Shown here: piece after piece, positions 1-15,000 of the stretch
How positions within the stretch are numbered: the first letter of the stretch is position 1
Layout: each line of letters begins with the position of its first letter
Assembly (NCBI GenBank): GCA_040285855.1
Contig: JAUFOQ010000003.1
Location: forward strand, 1,178,001 to 1,242,000
Length of the DNA stretch: 64,000 nt
Direction: 5' to 3'
Source of the DNA: Eukaryota sp. GEM-RC1
Lineage: Eukaryota
Position numbers and translations under genes: made by a program
Notes under the pieces: model-generated
Databases searched by the model: none
What the model was told of the DNA's origin: nothing
What the model saw: the letters and a program-made list of their open reading frames with translations, nothing else

Positions 1-1
1 C

Positions 2-3000
2 GGATCAGCGGGAGTGACCTCTGACAACTTCATCGTTTCCTCCGCCCTACCTAAAGTGATCGCAACTCCTTTGATTGCTGCCACCTCTACTGTGTTCTCT
101 CATTCCTCCTCCTCTCCAGCAGTGGTCTTCTTCAAGAATGATGGCTCCTTAAGTGCTTCCGGAACAGTAACTGTTGATTCCTCGATAATCTTTCGCTACG
201 CTGATGATCATAACTATCAAGCCCAATCCCAGCCTCACTTCACTTCACAAGCTGAGATAAACATTGAGAACGACTCAGATTTTCTCATTGAAATTCCCTT
301 CTCAAACCAGGATGAAGTGCATATCAACTCTGGTCTTCTCAAGATATCTAAAGCTGCCGCGTTATCAGCCAATTTCATGATCACTGGAACCTTAATCATT
401 GATTCAGATGCTGAGTTTGGTCAAGGGGCTGCTCTTGAAGGCTCAGGAACATTCATCATTACTGCAAACAAAAAAGTTGATGTCAGAGGTTTGTTCGCTT
501 TTGATGGTGATCTTGATCTCTTGTCCAGTGCTTCACTAGATTTCCACAGTACCTCTCGAACTCGATACTTCTACCCAAAGTTTTCTGAATGTGGTGCCAC
601 TGTTACTTGGTTATCGGATAGTAAACTTCTTTTTCTCGGTCTTTCAATCAAGGATTCTTGTAATTCTTTTTATTATTAAAGCTGGAGCTGAATGGGATCC
701 AATGACTAATTTTAATTCTTTTATTTCTTTATCTGGAACTTCTTTGTTCCACTTTGAAGCAGGCAGCGAGGATGTTAATCTTCACGTTATTGAACTGTTT
801 GATCAATCAAAATTGATTATGGATCGCTATAGTAGTGTCGAGCATTTCACTTTTTATGGTGGTTACCTTGAAGGTGCTAGTATTATTATGTTTCCCAATC
901 ACTTCAATTTCACTTCCTCTGCTTACAAAGAACTTTCTGCTCCTATTGTTAACGATGGCTTCATGTATTTCGATCGTTCTTTTGGTACCATTTCTGTACA
1001 TTTCAAAGGTTCTGGTTCTATTTCAAATGCTGGAGATCTTATTGCTTTTTCTAACACAATCCTTCGATATTCTTCCGCCCACAACCATAATGGTCAAGAA
1101 CAACCCTTTTTATCCAATCAAGGTGACCTTATTGTTGAAAACAGTGGTGATCTCAGTATTGAAATTCCCTTTACTAACGCTGAAACTGTTCTTGTTAATT
1201 CTGGTTCTCTTAAGTTTTCTAATCCAACTCAATTGATGGGTAATTTCAACGTTACTGACACTCTCATTGTCGATTCAGATGCAGAGTTTGGTCGTGGCGT
1301 TTTACTCACAGGTAATGGTACTTTAGTTATCAGTCGTAATCGAAAGGTTGACTTTGATGGTAATTATGTGTTTGAAGGCGGTTTAGATGTCAGAAACGGA
1401 GCTTCTTTTAACTTTCTTTCATATTCCACTACACGTTTCTTCAATCCCAAGTTCGCAGAATGTGGTGCTACTGTTACCTGGATTTTTGATAGTACTTTGT
1501 CCCTGAGAGATTTTATTCTCAAGGATTCTTGTAATTCTTTTATTATTAAAGCTGGAGCTGTGTGGACTCCAATGACTCATTTTAATTCTTTTATTTCTTT
1601 ATCTGGAACTTCTTTATTCCACTTTGGAAGCAGGTAGCGAGGAGGTTAATCTTCACGTTATTGAGCCGTTTGGTCAATCAAAATTGATTATGGATCGCTA
1701 TAGTAGTGTCGAGCATTTCACTTTTTATGGTGGTTACCTTGAAGGTGCTAGTTACATCATTTTTCCTAATAACTTCAATTTTACTTCCTCTGCTTACAAA
1801 GAACTTTCTGCTCCAATTGTTAACAATGGTTTCATGTATTTCGACCGATCTTCTGGTACTATTCCTGTACATTTCAAAGGTTCTGGATCTATTGCCAATT
1901 CTGGAGATCTTATTGCTCTGTCTAACGCAAACCTTCGATATTCTTCCTCCCACAATCATAATGGTCAACAACAACCCTTTTTATCCAATCAAGGTGATCT
2001 GATTGTTGAAAACAATGGTGATCTCAGTATTGAAATTCCTTTTACTAACGCTGAAACTGTTCTTGTTAATTCTGGTTCTTTAAAGTTTTCTAATCCGACT
2101 CATCTGATGGGTAATTTCCACGTTACTGATACTCTCTTTGTCGATTCAAATGCGGAGTTTGGTCAAGGTGTTTTACTCACAGGTAATGGTACTTTAGTTA
2201 TCAGTCGTAATCGAAAGGTAGACTTTGATGGTAATTATGTGTTTGAAGGTGGTTTAGATGTCCGAAACGGAGCTTCTTTTTACTTTTTATCTCGCTCTAC
2301 CACACGTTTCTTCAATCCTAAGTTCGCAGAATGTGGTGCTACTGTTACCTGGATTTTTGATAGTACTTTGTCCCTGAGAGATTTTATTCTCAAGGATTCT
2401 TGTAATTCTTTTATTATTAAAGCTGGGGCTGTGTGGACTCCAATGACTCATTTTAATTCTTTTATTTCTTTATCTGGAACTTCTTTGTTCCACTTTGAAG
2501 CAGGCAGTGAGGAGGTTAATCTTCACGTTATTGAACTGTTTGATCAATCAAAATTGATTATGGACCGCTATAGTAGTGTCGAACACTTCACTTTTTATGG
2601 TGGTTACCTTGAAGGAGGCAGTGTAATCATGTTTCCCAATCACTTCAATTTCACTTCCTCTGCTTACAAAGAACTTTCTACTCCTATTGTTAACGATGGT
2701 GTTATGTATTTTGATCGTTCTTTCGATACGATTCCTGTACATTTCAAAGGTCCTGGATCTATTTCAAATTCTGGAGATATTGTCCCTCTTCACGACGCTG
2801 TCTTACGATACTCAAACACTCACAATCATCAAGGAATTCACCAACCTTCCTTTAGGAATGATCACAATCTAATTATAGCTGAACATGATGTTCTATTCGA
2901 AATCAATATCCCCTTTTCCAATAATGAACTTGTGAACATATCTGCTGGTACTTTCAAGTTTACTAATGCTGACCAACTAATGGGAAATTTCATTATTGAT

Positions 3001-6000
3001 GGTAAGATGATGGTTGGGGGGGAGTGCTCTTTTCGTAGAGGTGTTCTTGTGGAAGGTTCTGGTGATTTGATCGTTTTACAAAATGCAAAAGCAACGTTTG
3101 CTGGAAATTATGTTCTTGATGGAAACCTTCAACCTTTGGCATCATCTACTTTTGAGTTTTTAAAGGACTCCTCTGTTCGCTTCTTTTCTTCTAACTATGC
3201 TGAAGCAAATTCTCTTGTAGCTTGGCGTTCGGAAAGCAATCTTCTGTTCCGCAGCTTCATTTTAGAAGTTGATGATGGTTACTTTTTCATTGATGTTAAT
3301 ACCCACTGGGATTTCCAAGCTTCTTTCCAATTTTATATATGGCTTTCTGGTTCTGCTACTTTTAGAATAGGTCCAGGAGGAGAAGAATTAGAACTTCATG
3401 ATGTATTTCTGTTTGATCAATCCACTCTCATCATTGATCGTTTCACTACGTTGGATCGCTTTCTGTTCTCAGGAGGTACTGTTTCTGGATCAGGTTCATT
3501 AATTTCCGAAAATCTTTTCAACGTTACTTCTCCCACTGAAAAGAACTTCATGTACAACTTATCAATATTGGTGACATTTATTTTGATTCCAATGATGACG
3601 TTATTCCTTTGTTATTCCAAGGAGGAGCTTCCATTTTAAATGCAGGCTCTATTTATTTCTTGTCAGGAGCCCTTCTCAACTACACTGCTTCACATGATTA
3701 TGATGATCGTCAGCAGCCTACTTTTGTTAACCAAGCTACAGTTAGTGTCAATACCAATGATTCCCTTGTCGAAATTGCAATTCCATTTTCTAATTTCGAG
3801 GATGTTCTGATCGCAGCGGGTGATTTAAAGCTTACTAATATCAATGAATTGATGGGTAATTATGAAATCTATGGTAGACTCTTGGTTGGATCTACTGCTG
3901 TCTTTCGAAGAGGAGTTTTGATTACAGGTAATGGTGACATTGTGTTGTTGGAGTTTCAAAAGACCACCTTTGCTGGTAATTATTTCTTACAAGGCAACTT
4001 ACAAGTCATGGAAATGGCTTCATTTGAGTTTCTGGAAAGAGCAGATGTTCGGTACTTTTACAGTGATTATGCTGAACATGGTGCCACTGTTGACTGGCAT
4101 TCTGCTAGTCGTTTGTTACTTCAAGATATGAAAGTCTCAATCGATCACGGTACTTATACAGTCCAATCAGGTGCTGATTGGCTTCCAATTGGTTCATTCA
4201 AGGGTTCGTTACACTTGTCTGGTGAATCAACATTCCACTTCCAGCCGAGTATTCCTGCGGTATCCATCTTCAATGTTACTGTTGCTGACGATGCCCATTT
4301 AGTTTTAGAGACTGGTGTTGATGTCAATATAACCAATCTGGTAGTCGGAGATTCGCCTGTCAATCAATTACCACGTATTTATGGTGGTGATCACATTAAT
4401 ATTTTGAATATTTTGACTTGGTTCAGTGGTAGAATCGAAAATGACATCTTGATCCCTGTGAACTCTAGAGCTGTTGTTGACCAGTTCTCAATGAGCAGAC
4501 ATGCTAGACTTGGTCCTGGGGCAGAGATGATTGTTGACGGTCATCTTTTCGTAAATGGTCGACTTCGACTCTTCCCAGATTCTAAATTATTTGTCAATTC
4601 AATCATTGAAGCCACTTCGTCCAATCCTTTCAATTGTTATGCATCATCTGAGCTGGTGTTTTCCCAGACGTCAGTTTTTACTCTCTCTTCTTCCTCAAGC
4701 TCCTTAATTTCTGCCCACAGTAATCATTTGTCTAATGTATTCTTCAGAGGTTCAACAACTCTATTCTCTGCATTAACAATTAGACCCGGGGTGTACTCCA
4801 CCATAGTAACTGGTTCCATTTTTAATGTATATGATTCTTTTCTTCGAATTGACAGTGCCAACGATCCTGTCATTAATGGTACTTTTACTCTTTTCAATGA
4901 CTCCTTCATCAGTTGTACTAACAACGTTATTACATTTGTTCCTGGCTCTATGATCCAAGGAACTGGTCGTCTTTATCCTGGTGAAGATAGTACCATTATT
5001 GTCAATGGAAACTACCATGCTTCGCCTCATATTTACAAACCACTTGGGTCTCTTTTCTTTGATAAGGCTTTCATCACCGATCTTTCTTCTATTGATGCCA
5101 CTATTGGAAATCTTTCTTTCACATCCTGTTTGTTTGGTGTACAAGAGCTTGATTTTACCACTATTTCATTACAAGATGTGGAGACTGTCTTTTACGAAAT
5201 TACCCCCGTTTTTAACGTTGTTAACTTCTCCATTGAAGGTGAAAGTGTTTTGTTCAGCAAAATCGGAGGTTCCACCTCTCTGTCTGTTTCCTCTATGATT
5301 TATTCTGGCGATGTTGACTTTGTTCAGTTACCAGGTAGTGTAACTATTGAGTCCTTGTCTGGCTCTAATTCTACTTTTACCTTACATGACTTTGACCACC
5401 AACTCATTATCAATGCTATTGTGTTAGAACTTGTTGCAGCCTTTTCTCTTGATACTCTTGCTACAAATCCAGTCTTACCATCGTTGTATCTATATGATAC
5501 TACTACCGCCAACATCTCGTCTATCCATACTTTATCTCTTCCTGTTATATCTGTATCAGATTTTAGTTCATTGAGAATTGACCATCTCCAAAAGTTTGAA
5601 TGTAGCAATTTTTCTTTAGATTCTTTAGCTGATGCTCGTCTCAGTATGATCCACCAATCATTCAACATTATATCTCTTTCCGTTATGGACAAGTCTCTAC
5701 TTACAGTTTTCGATGTTTCTAATGTGGATATTACACATTTCTCTTGTTCAGGTATTGCTGATTTTGATCGGTTAAACGGTGACTTTGTGTCCAATGCCAT
5801 TATAAATGACGAAGGATCTATTTCTATTGATACTGTCAATGGATCTTTGGTGGTAAATTCCCTTTCATCATCAGGTTCTTTCTCTGTTTCAGATATTTCT
5901 TTTGATGTTGCTGTCCCAACATTATCCAATACTGGAATTGGCACAATGACCTTTTCTTCCATTGCACGTGATTTCCTAGTTACCAATTTCACCAACAATC

Positions 6001-9000
6001 ATCATTTTACATTGGATACTGTTGGACGTGATTTCATTGTAGAAGATATTATTTCAACCGTCCAATTTACTTTGTCCAATGTAGATGGAGTGTTCTCCTC
6101 TACATCTGTATTCAACTCACACATTTTTAATGTCGATCATGTTTTCGGACAGTTTTCTATCTTGACTTTGGAATCTCGAAATCATTTTACAATAACTGAT
6201 CTTTATGGTGATGTGGGTATCAATGCCATCACTTCATCAGGTAGAATGACCTTTAACCGATTGAATTCTACAATGAGTGTTGATTCAATTACTTCTACTA
6301 ACCGTTTTTCGGTTTTGAACGCTGTTGACTTTACAGTCAACTCAGTTACTTCATCCGATCGTTTCACTATTAGCTCATTGTCATCATTTGTCACCATTTC
6401 ACAGTTTGATGCTTCTAGCAGCACTTCTACGGATAATAGACTGGTGATATCTGACGTGGCCAAAGACGTGACCATTACTAACACCCAATCTTCTGGGTTG
6501 GTTGATATATTTTCACTTGATGAAAGGCTTGTTCTCACCACCGTAGTCTCCTCAGGAACCTTTATTGTGTCATCCGTTAAGGATAATGTACTAATTAACC
6601 ATTTCACTTCTACTGGAACATCCTTGTTTGAATCAATTGATGGTAAATTCCAATCAGCTTTTGTGAGTTCTTCAGAACTTCTGAACATTACCAATGTTAA
6701 ACACGATGTAGTTATTAATGAATTGTATTGTGTTGATTGCTCAGTTTCCTCAGTTGAGCAAAATGTTTTTATAACCGATTTGACTTCTACTGGGACATCT
6801 TCCTTTGAGTTGATTGATGGTAGATTCCAATCAACCTTTGTCAACTCGTCAAAGCAAATGGATATCGCCACAGTTAAACAAGGTGTTATTTTCACTCATT
6901 TTCACTGTTTTAACCTATCTGTGAGTGATGTTTCTCAAATTTGTCGATTTGATACATTTACATCGTTGGGTCTGGTTACCCTAAAAGATCTCCAGGGACC
7001 CTTTACATCTCAGACGTTTACTTCCCACAATGGAGAATTGAGTGCAGTCTACTTTGAAAATATTGTATCATTAACTGTGGGTACTCTGAACTCTTTTACA
7101 ATCTTTTCCATTGTGACTGTCACTGAATCTGTTCAAATCACCACACTCTTCTCCAACAACACTTTCCTCACTGCTGACGTTACTTCCAATTTCATCAGTA
7201 GCTCTGTTGTGTCTCATGATTCCTTTTCAATCAACTCTTGCGATTCTGTCTCAATTGTTTCGTTCGTTCAGCCCAGTTGTTCTAGTAGTTCTGAGTTCAC
7301 TGATATCAACAGTGTTGTTTTACAAACATTTTTAGCAGACGCTGGAACTGTTTCATTCGCTGGAATTGGTACTCTATCATTTACTGAACTAACACTTGCG
7401 GAGAATTTTGATTGTCCAATTGTATTACATATCTCCAATATGGACGTTGTTGATGTTTCTTCATTAATTCTCCGTTATCCATCTGCAGTTTATGTTTCTG
7501 AAGTCGAATCTGATGTTCTTTTTCCAGTAATAGATATCACTGGTAAACTGTCAATTCAGGAACTCGATTTCCAATTGATCTTTTCTCAGGTCAAACTTTC
7601 CGGTCGCGCTGAACTCATCTTAAACTCAAATCACGATGTCATTGTTACAGATTATTTCAATGTCCATGAGAACGCAACTCGTTCAGGCAAAGATCACGTC
7701 ATCGTTAATGGAGCTTCTGTGTTCACTGGTGGTTCTTTCCTTGAAGGGCCTACAGAGTTTTTGTCCTCTCTTCAAATGACTTCTCTAGACTTTAAGACCT
7801 TAAATAATGGGGGTCAAATAATCTTGAATAGTGATTCTGTCATTTCTGATGGTCTTTTCATGTTGGGATCTACTCAGATTAAACCTACAGTCTATTTGTA
7901 CTTTGGTGACAGCTCCGTGTTGTTAGTCAAGGAAGGGGTGTTGCTAACTATTACCAATCCCATTTCCTTTATACAACTTCCCTATTCAGAAACAAGAGGA
8001 TCAATTGTCCTGGAATTTTCCTCTGAGTTACTCTTGCACTACACTGCTTCATATGAACCGTTTGTGTCAGGATCTACATTTTTCAATCTCTTGAACGGAA
8101 ACTTGTCTTTCTCAGGAGGATCTTCTTTTCAAGCACTAATACTTCTCTCAAACACACTTCCATTACTCTCGATGGTAAGTGCCTTTCTTCTGTTTCTGAA
8201 GTCAGTTGTATTGAGCCCCTCTTTTACTCCTTTGACACTGACTCTACCCTAAGTTTCAACAAGTCTGCTCTCATCACAACCAGAGACTCTAGTACTGTTT
8301 TCACTGGTAATTACGACCTTACTGCTAATTACACTCATGAGGCGGGACTGCTTCATTTTAACGAATCTAATCAAATTGACATCTACCTTATTACTATGTT
8401 GTCTGGAGAATTGACGTTTTCTAGATCGATGTCTAGTTTGAATGTGAATCTTTTCCACTATGTTCATTCTTTCGGTGGTCAAATCAATTTTGAATCACTT
8501 TCCAAATTATCTGTTGATGATATTCTTCTTGTTGGTGGAAGTTTGTCTATTGCTGACTCAAAAGGCGATGACGATCATCTTTATTTCCCTCTAATTACTA
8601 TAGAACAGTCATCTTCCCTTGTTTTAGAACGGTCAAAATCAGTGATCTACTCTTTGTCCATCATTGATGGATCCTTTACCGTGCGCTCTGAACCTCTTGT
8701 TATTGAAAGCATTTTCTCCTTCGGTAATGGTCAAATGTGTATCGACAACACCACTTTAGAAATCGAAGAAGGTTCATTGATCTGGTTCTTGCCTGAAGGT
8801 ACTAAGTCTGTATGTGCGAATTCCTATATCAATTTGTCAGGTTATTTGCTTTTAGATAGTCCTAGTAATTTTGTTGGAGAATGTGGCGTTATATTCGAAG
8901 TTTCTAGATCAGCTGCTATTTCCTTAATTCAACCTTCGGTTTGGACTAATAATTGTACTGAAGGGGCGTATCCCCAGCTTTTAATCGTTTCTGAGGTGTC

Positions 9001-12000
9001 CACTCTTAATGTTACTGATAACTTTGACCTTCACTGGAATTTGTCCACAGTCGGTGATATTGTTGTAATTAATGATGCCACTTTTAATGTTCATGGTGGA
9101 GGTTATTTTGATTCTGACGTTGTTATTTGTGATACCTGTTCTATTGGTTTCTATAATGAAGAATATGTTTTCCCTCCGGCATCAATACTGAGAACCATGG
9201 ATAATCTTGGCGGAACTCTTGTCATTGCTGATGGATCTGCTGTTTTATTTGAAGGATTATACCTTCTTAATCCAGATATTGAAATCGGCTCTGGACATCT
9301 TCACTTCATGAAGGGTTCTGTGTTCAATGTGACTTCCATTACTGTCCCTTCAGGTGGTTCTCTCAAGTTCTCACAGTGTCCTGAATCCGGTTATTTCAAT
9401 TTGTCTCATGTACATGTTGCAGGAGAAGTTGATTTTGACTCTCCCAATTGTAGTATAATCATTGAATCTTTGTATATTAATGATGGTTTATTGAACTTTG
9501 GTAATGTCACTGGATCAGTCACTATCAAATCATCTACAATCATCAACACACGTATTACTTTTGCGTCTGTTAGTGAACTATTGGACTTTGCGTCAATTGA
9601 TGTTGTTTCTAGTATTGTTAACTTTGGTAAACTTTACGAAGGACTAACAACTGAACAATTGACCGCCGATGCTTCCGTTATCAATTTTGACTTAATCAAT
9701 AGCCCGAGTCTCTTTTCTAATTTTTCATTGATTAATTCAGAAGTTATTGTTGGTCAAATGATTGGTTTTCTCAATGTCACCTCGGCAACTCTGATCGATT
9801 CTAGTTTTGTCGTTGATTATATTTCCACTCCTAGCCCTTCTTTAAGTCATTCTGATGGTGGTTTCTTCATTACCACCACTGTACTCCTTCGTTCAACAAT
9901 GAGGCTTAAAAACATCAGCGCAAATGTTGAGAGTGGTTCTTTGATTGCTAAAGATTCAAGTTACATAATTGATAGTGTTCATGGTGAATTTGACATTGAT
10001 ACAGTTGATCTCCAAGACAGTCATTTCTTCGTCAATTACGTTGCTGGATCTGCTACTCTGCAAGTTGTTGAGACTACTCTCAGCGATTTTTCCATGACAA
10101 ACGTAATAGGAAATCTCCTGTTGTCTATTCTTTCTTCATCTTACGGTTCAGTAACTATTAATAACATTGGTGGTGGATTCAATTCTTCAAGCATTGCTAC
10201 AGAGCACACTAATGTGTTGATTCATAATGTTACTGGTGACATCTACAAACCCTCATTTTCTATACATGGTGGCTCTTTTGTCGTTGAATACATTGACGGT
10301 AATATTGAAACTACTGGTTTATTTATGGATGGAAATGCTGTTGTATTGTTCAAAGCAATTACCCAGGATCTTACCTTCCATATCCTTGAAATGTACAGCG
10401 GATCTCTGAATTTCGAAGAGTTGTATGGTAATTTGATTATTCTAGGAATGTCTCTGCGTGGTGGAGAATTGGTCTTTACCAATCTGAATTCGCCTCTTGA
10501 TCTTACTTTTCTGGATGTCTCTGGTGCCACTGTAATCTTCAATTCTGGTTCATTAGTTACAATCCAAAAATTTTACAATCGATGGAAATTCTACAATTGC
10601 TGGAAATGACTCTATTAACGTAGTTGAATTTTTCAATTGGTTTGGTGGTGTTTTTACCGATATTTCTGTTCATGTTTTACCTTCATCTTTCTCTACTATT
10701 GGAACTCCCTTTTATAAACTCATGGAATCTGTTAACTTAACCATCAGTTCTGCTTGTTATTTCGTTGATGAATGTACTGTCCATTTTGACGGTGACTCTG
10801 ATTTGGTCCATACTCGGACTTCAGTCGTAACTTTTTCTTCTGATACACAATTTTTGTCAATTGATGTGAATAATCCCAACGTTCAACTTTATTTACTAGG
10901 CATGACTTCTTTGAGTAATATTAACCTCATCATTGAACCTGAACTCATATTAGAAAACGAATTTACTGCTGTAGAATCATCTGTTTTTCTACGTCATGGA
11001 TGCCTTGTTTCAGGCAAAATGGAGTTTATCGGACCTTCTCATTTAGTGTTCCAAGACAAAGGAAGATGTATCTTTGATGTGTCATCAGAACTAATTGGTC
11101 CCTTGACTTATCTTGAGGGAGCAAGGTCCCCTGTTTATGTTAGCTCACAACCTATTGTAGAGTTCTTTGGTGTCTGGGCTCTTAACTCATCAGTTTCAAT
11201 TGATTTTGGATATTTCTATTTTAGAGAACCTTCATCTTTTGACATTGTTTCCTTACACGCTTCATCTCCTGGACGTCTTTATTTCTATGACAGTATTGAA
11301 GATGAGATCCTTACATGGGAACTTACTTCTGTTGTTGCCTTTGGTTCTTCAGCCAGAATTTATCTTGGTGGTTTGCATAGAAACGTTTCAATTGATTACT
11401 TGTTTGTCCATCATGGTTACATTGAAATTTGGGTTCGTACTTATATTTCATTTCCTGATTTTGTTTTGGCCATTGGCGGTCAACTGTTTATTACCAATAC
11501 TCCCATTGTCTGGTTGAATGAGATTGTTATTCAATCTAATGCATTGTTCAGAACCAATGAGTGCGAGAACCTTCGTGTCGGTATCTTACGATCAACTGAC
11601 AGCCGTGTAACTTTCCAGTCCAACCCTGATTCAATTAGAATTACCAACTTTTTCGCAACAAATACTCTTATTAATTCCAATACCGGCAAAGTTGTGTATA
11701 TTACCTTATTTGTATTTGACAATTTTTCTGAAGTTTATGGAGTGGATGATTTTGATGTAGTTACCTTTATTTTTGAATCTGGTGTCATTGATATCAAGGT
11801 ATTCGCTGACTTTGCTACCCTGAATTCTACTGATGTTAAAACACTTGGTGTGTTGCATCGAAACGCTCCAAGTTCCATTACTGTGCGTAAACAAGGACAT
11901 TGGTCTGGAGGAAGACTTCGTGGTTTCGCTGGTTCTTATCTCCGTGTTAATTCTAATGTTTCCTTTGAAATCTCAACTAACGAGCATCTTCATTACAATT

Positions 12001-15000
12001 ACTTGAGAAGTATTCCTTCTTACAATATTTCCAGCGCTCCACGCTTATTTGTTCATGGTTATGTCTATAAGACCAGCTCTACAATTATGAGAATGGACTT
12101 CCGTCCTATAGTTTACAATGGAGGTAAATTTGAACTTCAAAGTGGTGAAGTCCGCTTCACTGCTGGAGGCGATGTCTATGGTGAATTTAATACAGCTTCA
12201 TCTACTACAATAACACTACACGCATCTAGAACTAGATTTGCTCGAGAAGATGATGATCGTCATGTCGACTTCCATTCTTCTTCAGTTTCAGTTATTATGG
12301 GAACTGTTAGTCTGGACATGTATTCAGTCTGGACAGTTGCTGGCTCTTTAGAAATCACTCATCAATCGTTTACGGCAGGATCCATCTTCTTCTTGAATGG
12401 ATTTTCATTGAAGGCTGGTGCATGGACTTGTTCTCAATTCTGTATAATAGTTGCTGAGAAAGCAATTGGTGACGTGTCCTTTGATGCCTTGAATCTCTTA
12501 GCGGGATCAACTGCTTTCTATGAAGATTTCTCCTCTTCAGTCGTGTTTACTCTAGGAAATGTTGTTCTAAACCGAGCCACTATAAGATTGTCCACCAACG
12601 TAGTAGTCGAAGCTCTTAGCCTTGATATCCGTCATGGTATTGTTGAAGGAACTGACCACGTTTACATTTCTTCAGAGTTTGCTTGGGGTAATGGTAGAAT
12701 TGGTAGCATGAAACACTTTTCCGAATCTTTAACTATGACCTTCACAAATACTTCTGTTAATAAGATTTACTCGAATCATCTCAAGCATCTCAAGTACGAC
12801 TCTTCGATCACAAATGATGGCCAATTATTCTTGATTGATAATCATTTGTTCTTTACTACACTGGAGTGTCAATAACTAACAATGGTTATTGGCAACATGG
12901 ATCTCTTTGTGGTGGCAGTCTATGTGATAATCTTTCCGGTTTTGACTACAGAGTTCATGATGTTTCTTACACTTCTCACGCTTTGAGAGGTCTTTTTACC
13001 AACACTGGAACTTTTGTTAAATTGTTAGGAACTTTGGCCGCAACTAATCAGATGCGATTGGTTCAAACACTTTCTGGTCATTTCATACTTCAATCAAATC
13101 AATTCACTCAGAGTCCTAGTAATTCTGATCTTGACGGTCAGTTTGATTTCTGGCCTGGAACCATATTCAGCGTCGGATCATCAACTTCATTGGTAAGAGA
13201 AACTGCTAGGTTTGATGGTCTACAAGGTCGTTTACGCACAATTAGTGGTGGTACAATTAATTTCAATGGTTATTATAATCTTACCTTGAATTTTAATCAC
13301 AATATTGGTACAATTAATTTCCTTACTCCTTCTGATCTTGAGTTGGATAGCATTCACGTCACTGGAGGTTTGTTAAGATTCTACGATGCAAAAGAACGAC
13401 CAACCTTAAAGAACTTATTTGATTTGAACAGTGTTTCACTTACAACTGCTGGAACCTTGCGCTTTATGAATGTTAAACAGCCAATGGAAATAGGAACTAT
13501 TACCCAAATTGGTGGTTGGACGAACCCTTATCTTCAAGCACCAAGAAGAGATGACAGCTTTCTCTTCTTTGATTCCACAGATCACTATCTTGATATTGGA
13601 AGCATTGATTCTTTTATTGGGAACATTCAGATTACTCAGGTGGGTGATTATCTCTCTGTCGGTGACGTTGTCTGTAGAAACTCTACTCACAAAGTTGATG
13701 TTGTTATTGATGCTGCGTCTTTTCGAAATGTTGAAGTTTCTGATACTGGTCGTTTCGATATGAGTACTATTGGAAAAGACTTGACTATACTTGATATAGA
13801 TGTTTTGAATGGGACCTTTATCATTGACGATGTTTCCGATTCTGCTTCTTTTGACGATGTTGAAGTTTCGGCGACTGGTCGTTTTGATTTGACCTCTGTT
13901 GGTAATGATTTGAATGTAGGAAACGTTGATATTCTAGACGGCACTTTTACGGTTGATGATATTGGTGACGATGCAGATTTTAAGGACTTCCTGTTGAATG
14001 CGCACGGGTCGTTCTCTATTAAGAAAGTTGGTAAATACCTTGACTTTGATAGAATCCGCGCATTTGATGACTCTTCATTTGTTGTAGAAACTGTAGGATT
14101 GAATGCTACTATCAGAGGAGATTTCCTGTTCAATCACAGAGCTTCGGCTTCTATCACTCACATTGGTCAATGGCTTGTTTTCCTCAAAGGTTTTACCTTA
14201 CAATGTCATAATAATATCGTCATCCGTCACATTGGACATTCCCTTTACACTCCTGAATCCTTCATGATTCATGGAAAATGACTATTTCTAATATAGGTCT
14301 TGATCTTTTTGCTGAAAAGGTGTTTCAAGCATCATCTACTGCCACTTCATGTGCTCAAGTTTCAATATCTACTATTGGTAATCGTTTTATTGCTATGCAA
14401 CAATTCCGCTGTTCGAGAGCTACACTTACAGCTAATAACATTGGTGGGGATTCTTATTTCACTAATTTTGAAACTGCACTTGGTGCCTCTGTCACCTTCA
14501 CCAATATTGAAAAGTTCCTTGTGCCTCAAACATTATTATCTCAAGCCACTTTGACTGTCCAAAACTATCTACACTCATCTGTAAACATTTTTAAAATAGA
14601 ATCTGGATCAAATACGTTCCGTACCGGTACTCATTTCTTCAATGTTAACTCACTTGTTACTACTGGTACACTGTTAGTTGAAAACATCAACACTGTCTTT
14701 GTTGACGATTCGGTCTATAGATCTTCATCAAACTCACAATTCCGTAATGCTGGCACTCATTGTCACTTCCCTGTAATTCTTGGAAACGGAGGTTACTTTG
14801 AAATTCAAAATACCCCAGAGGTTCTTCTTTCAGACTTTAAGCCTCGTGGAACAAACTTTTTATTCCGTGATATTGCAACTGATTTCGACAGTCCTTCTTT
14901 CTCAATTTCTGGTAATTCCAGAGTAGAACTTCGTGACTTTGATTTTGAACCAGTGTTATTTGATATTCAAATATCTCTCGGAAGACTTCGTTTGAATTCC

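Noticed and set aside
8175..8201. Possible 27-nt intron GTAAGT...CTGAAG in the giant gene
   Set aside because: It is in frame, has no stop, is not needed, and lacks the TTHAYCAYAG end seen in the three supported introns; it cannot be excluded without RNA data.
14272..14281. AAA-TGA junction as a Euplotes-type programmed frameshift, or stop-codon reassignment
   Set aside because: It needs a -1 rather than +1 shift, the other junctions share no such motif, and HDAC and catalase translate cleanly in the standard code.
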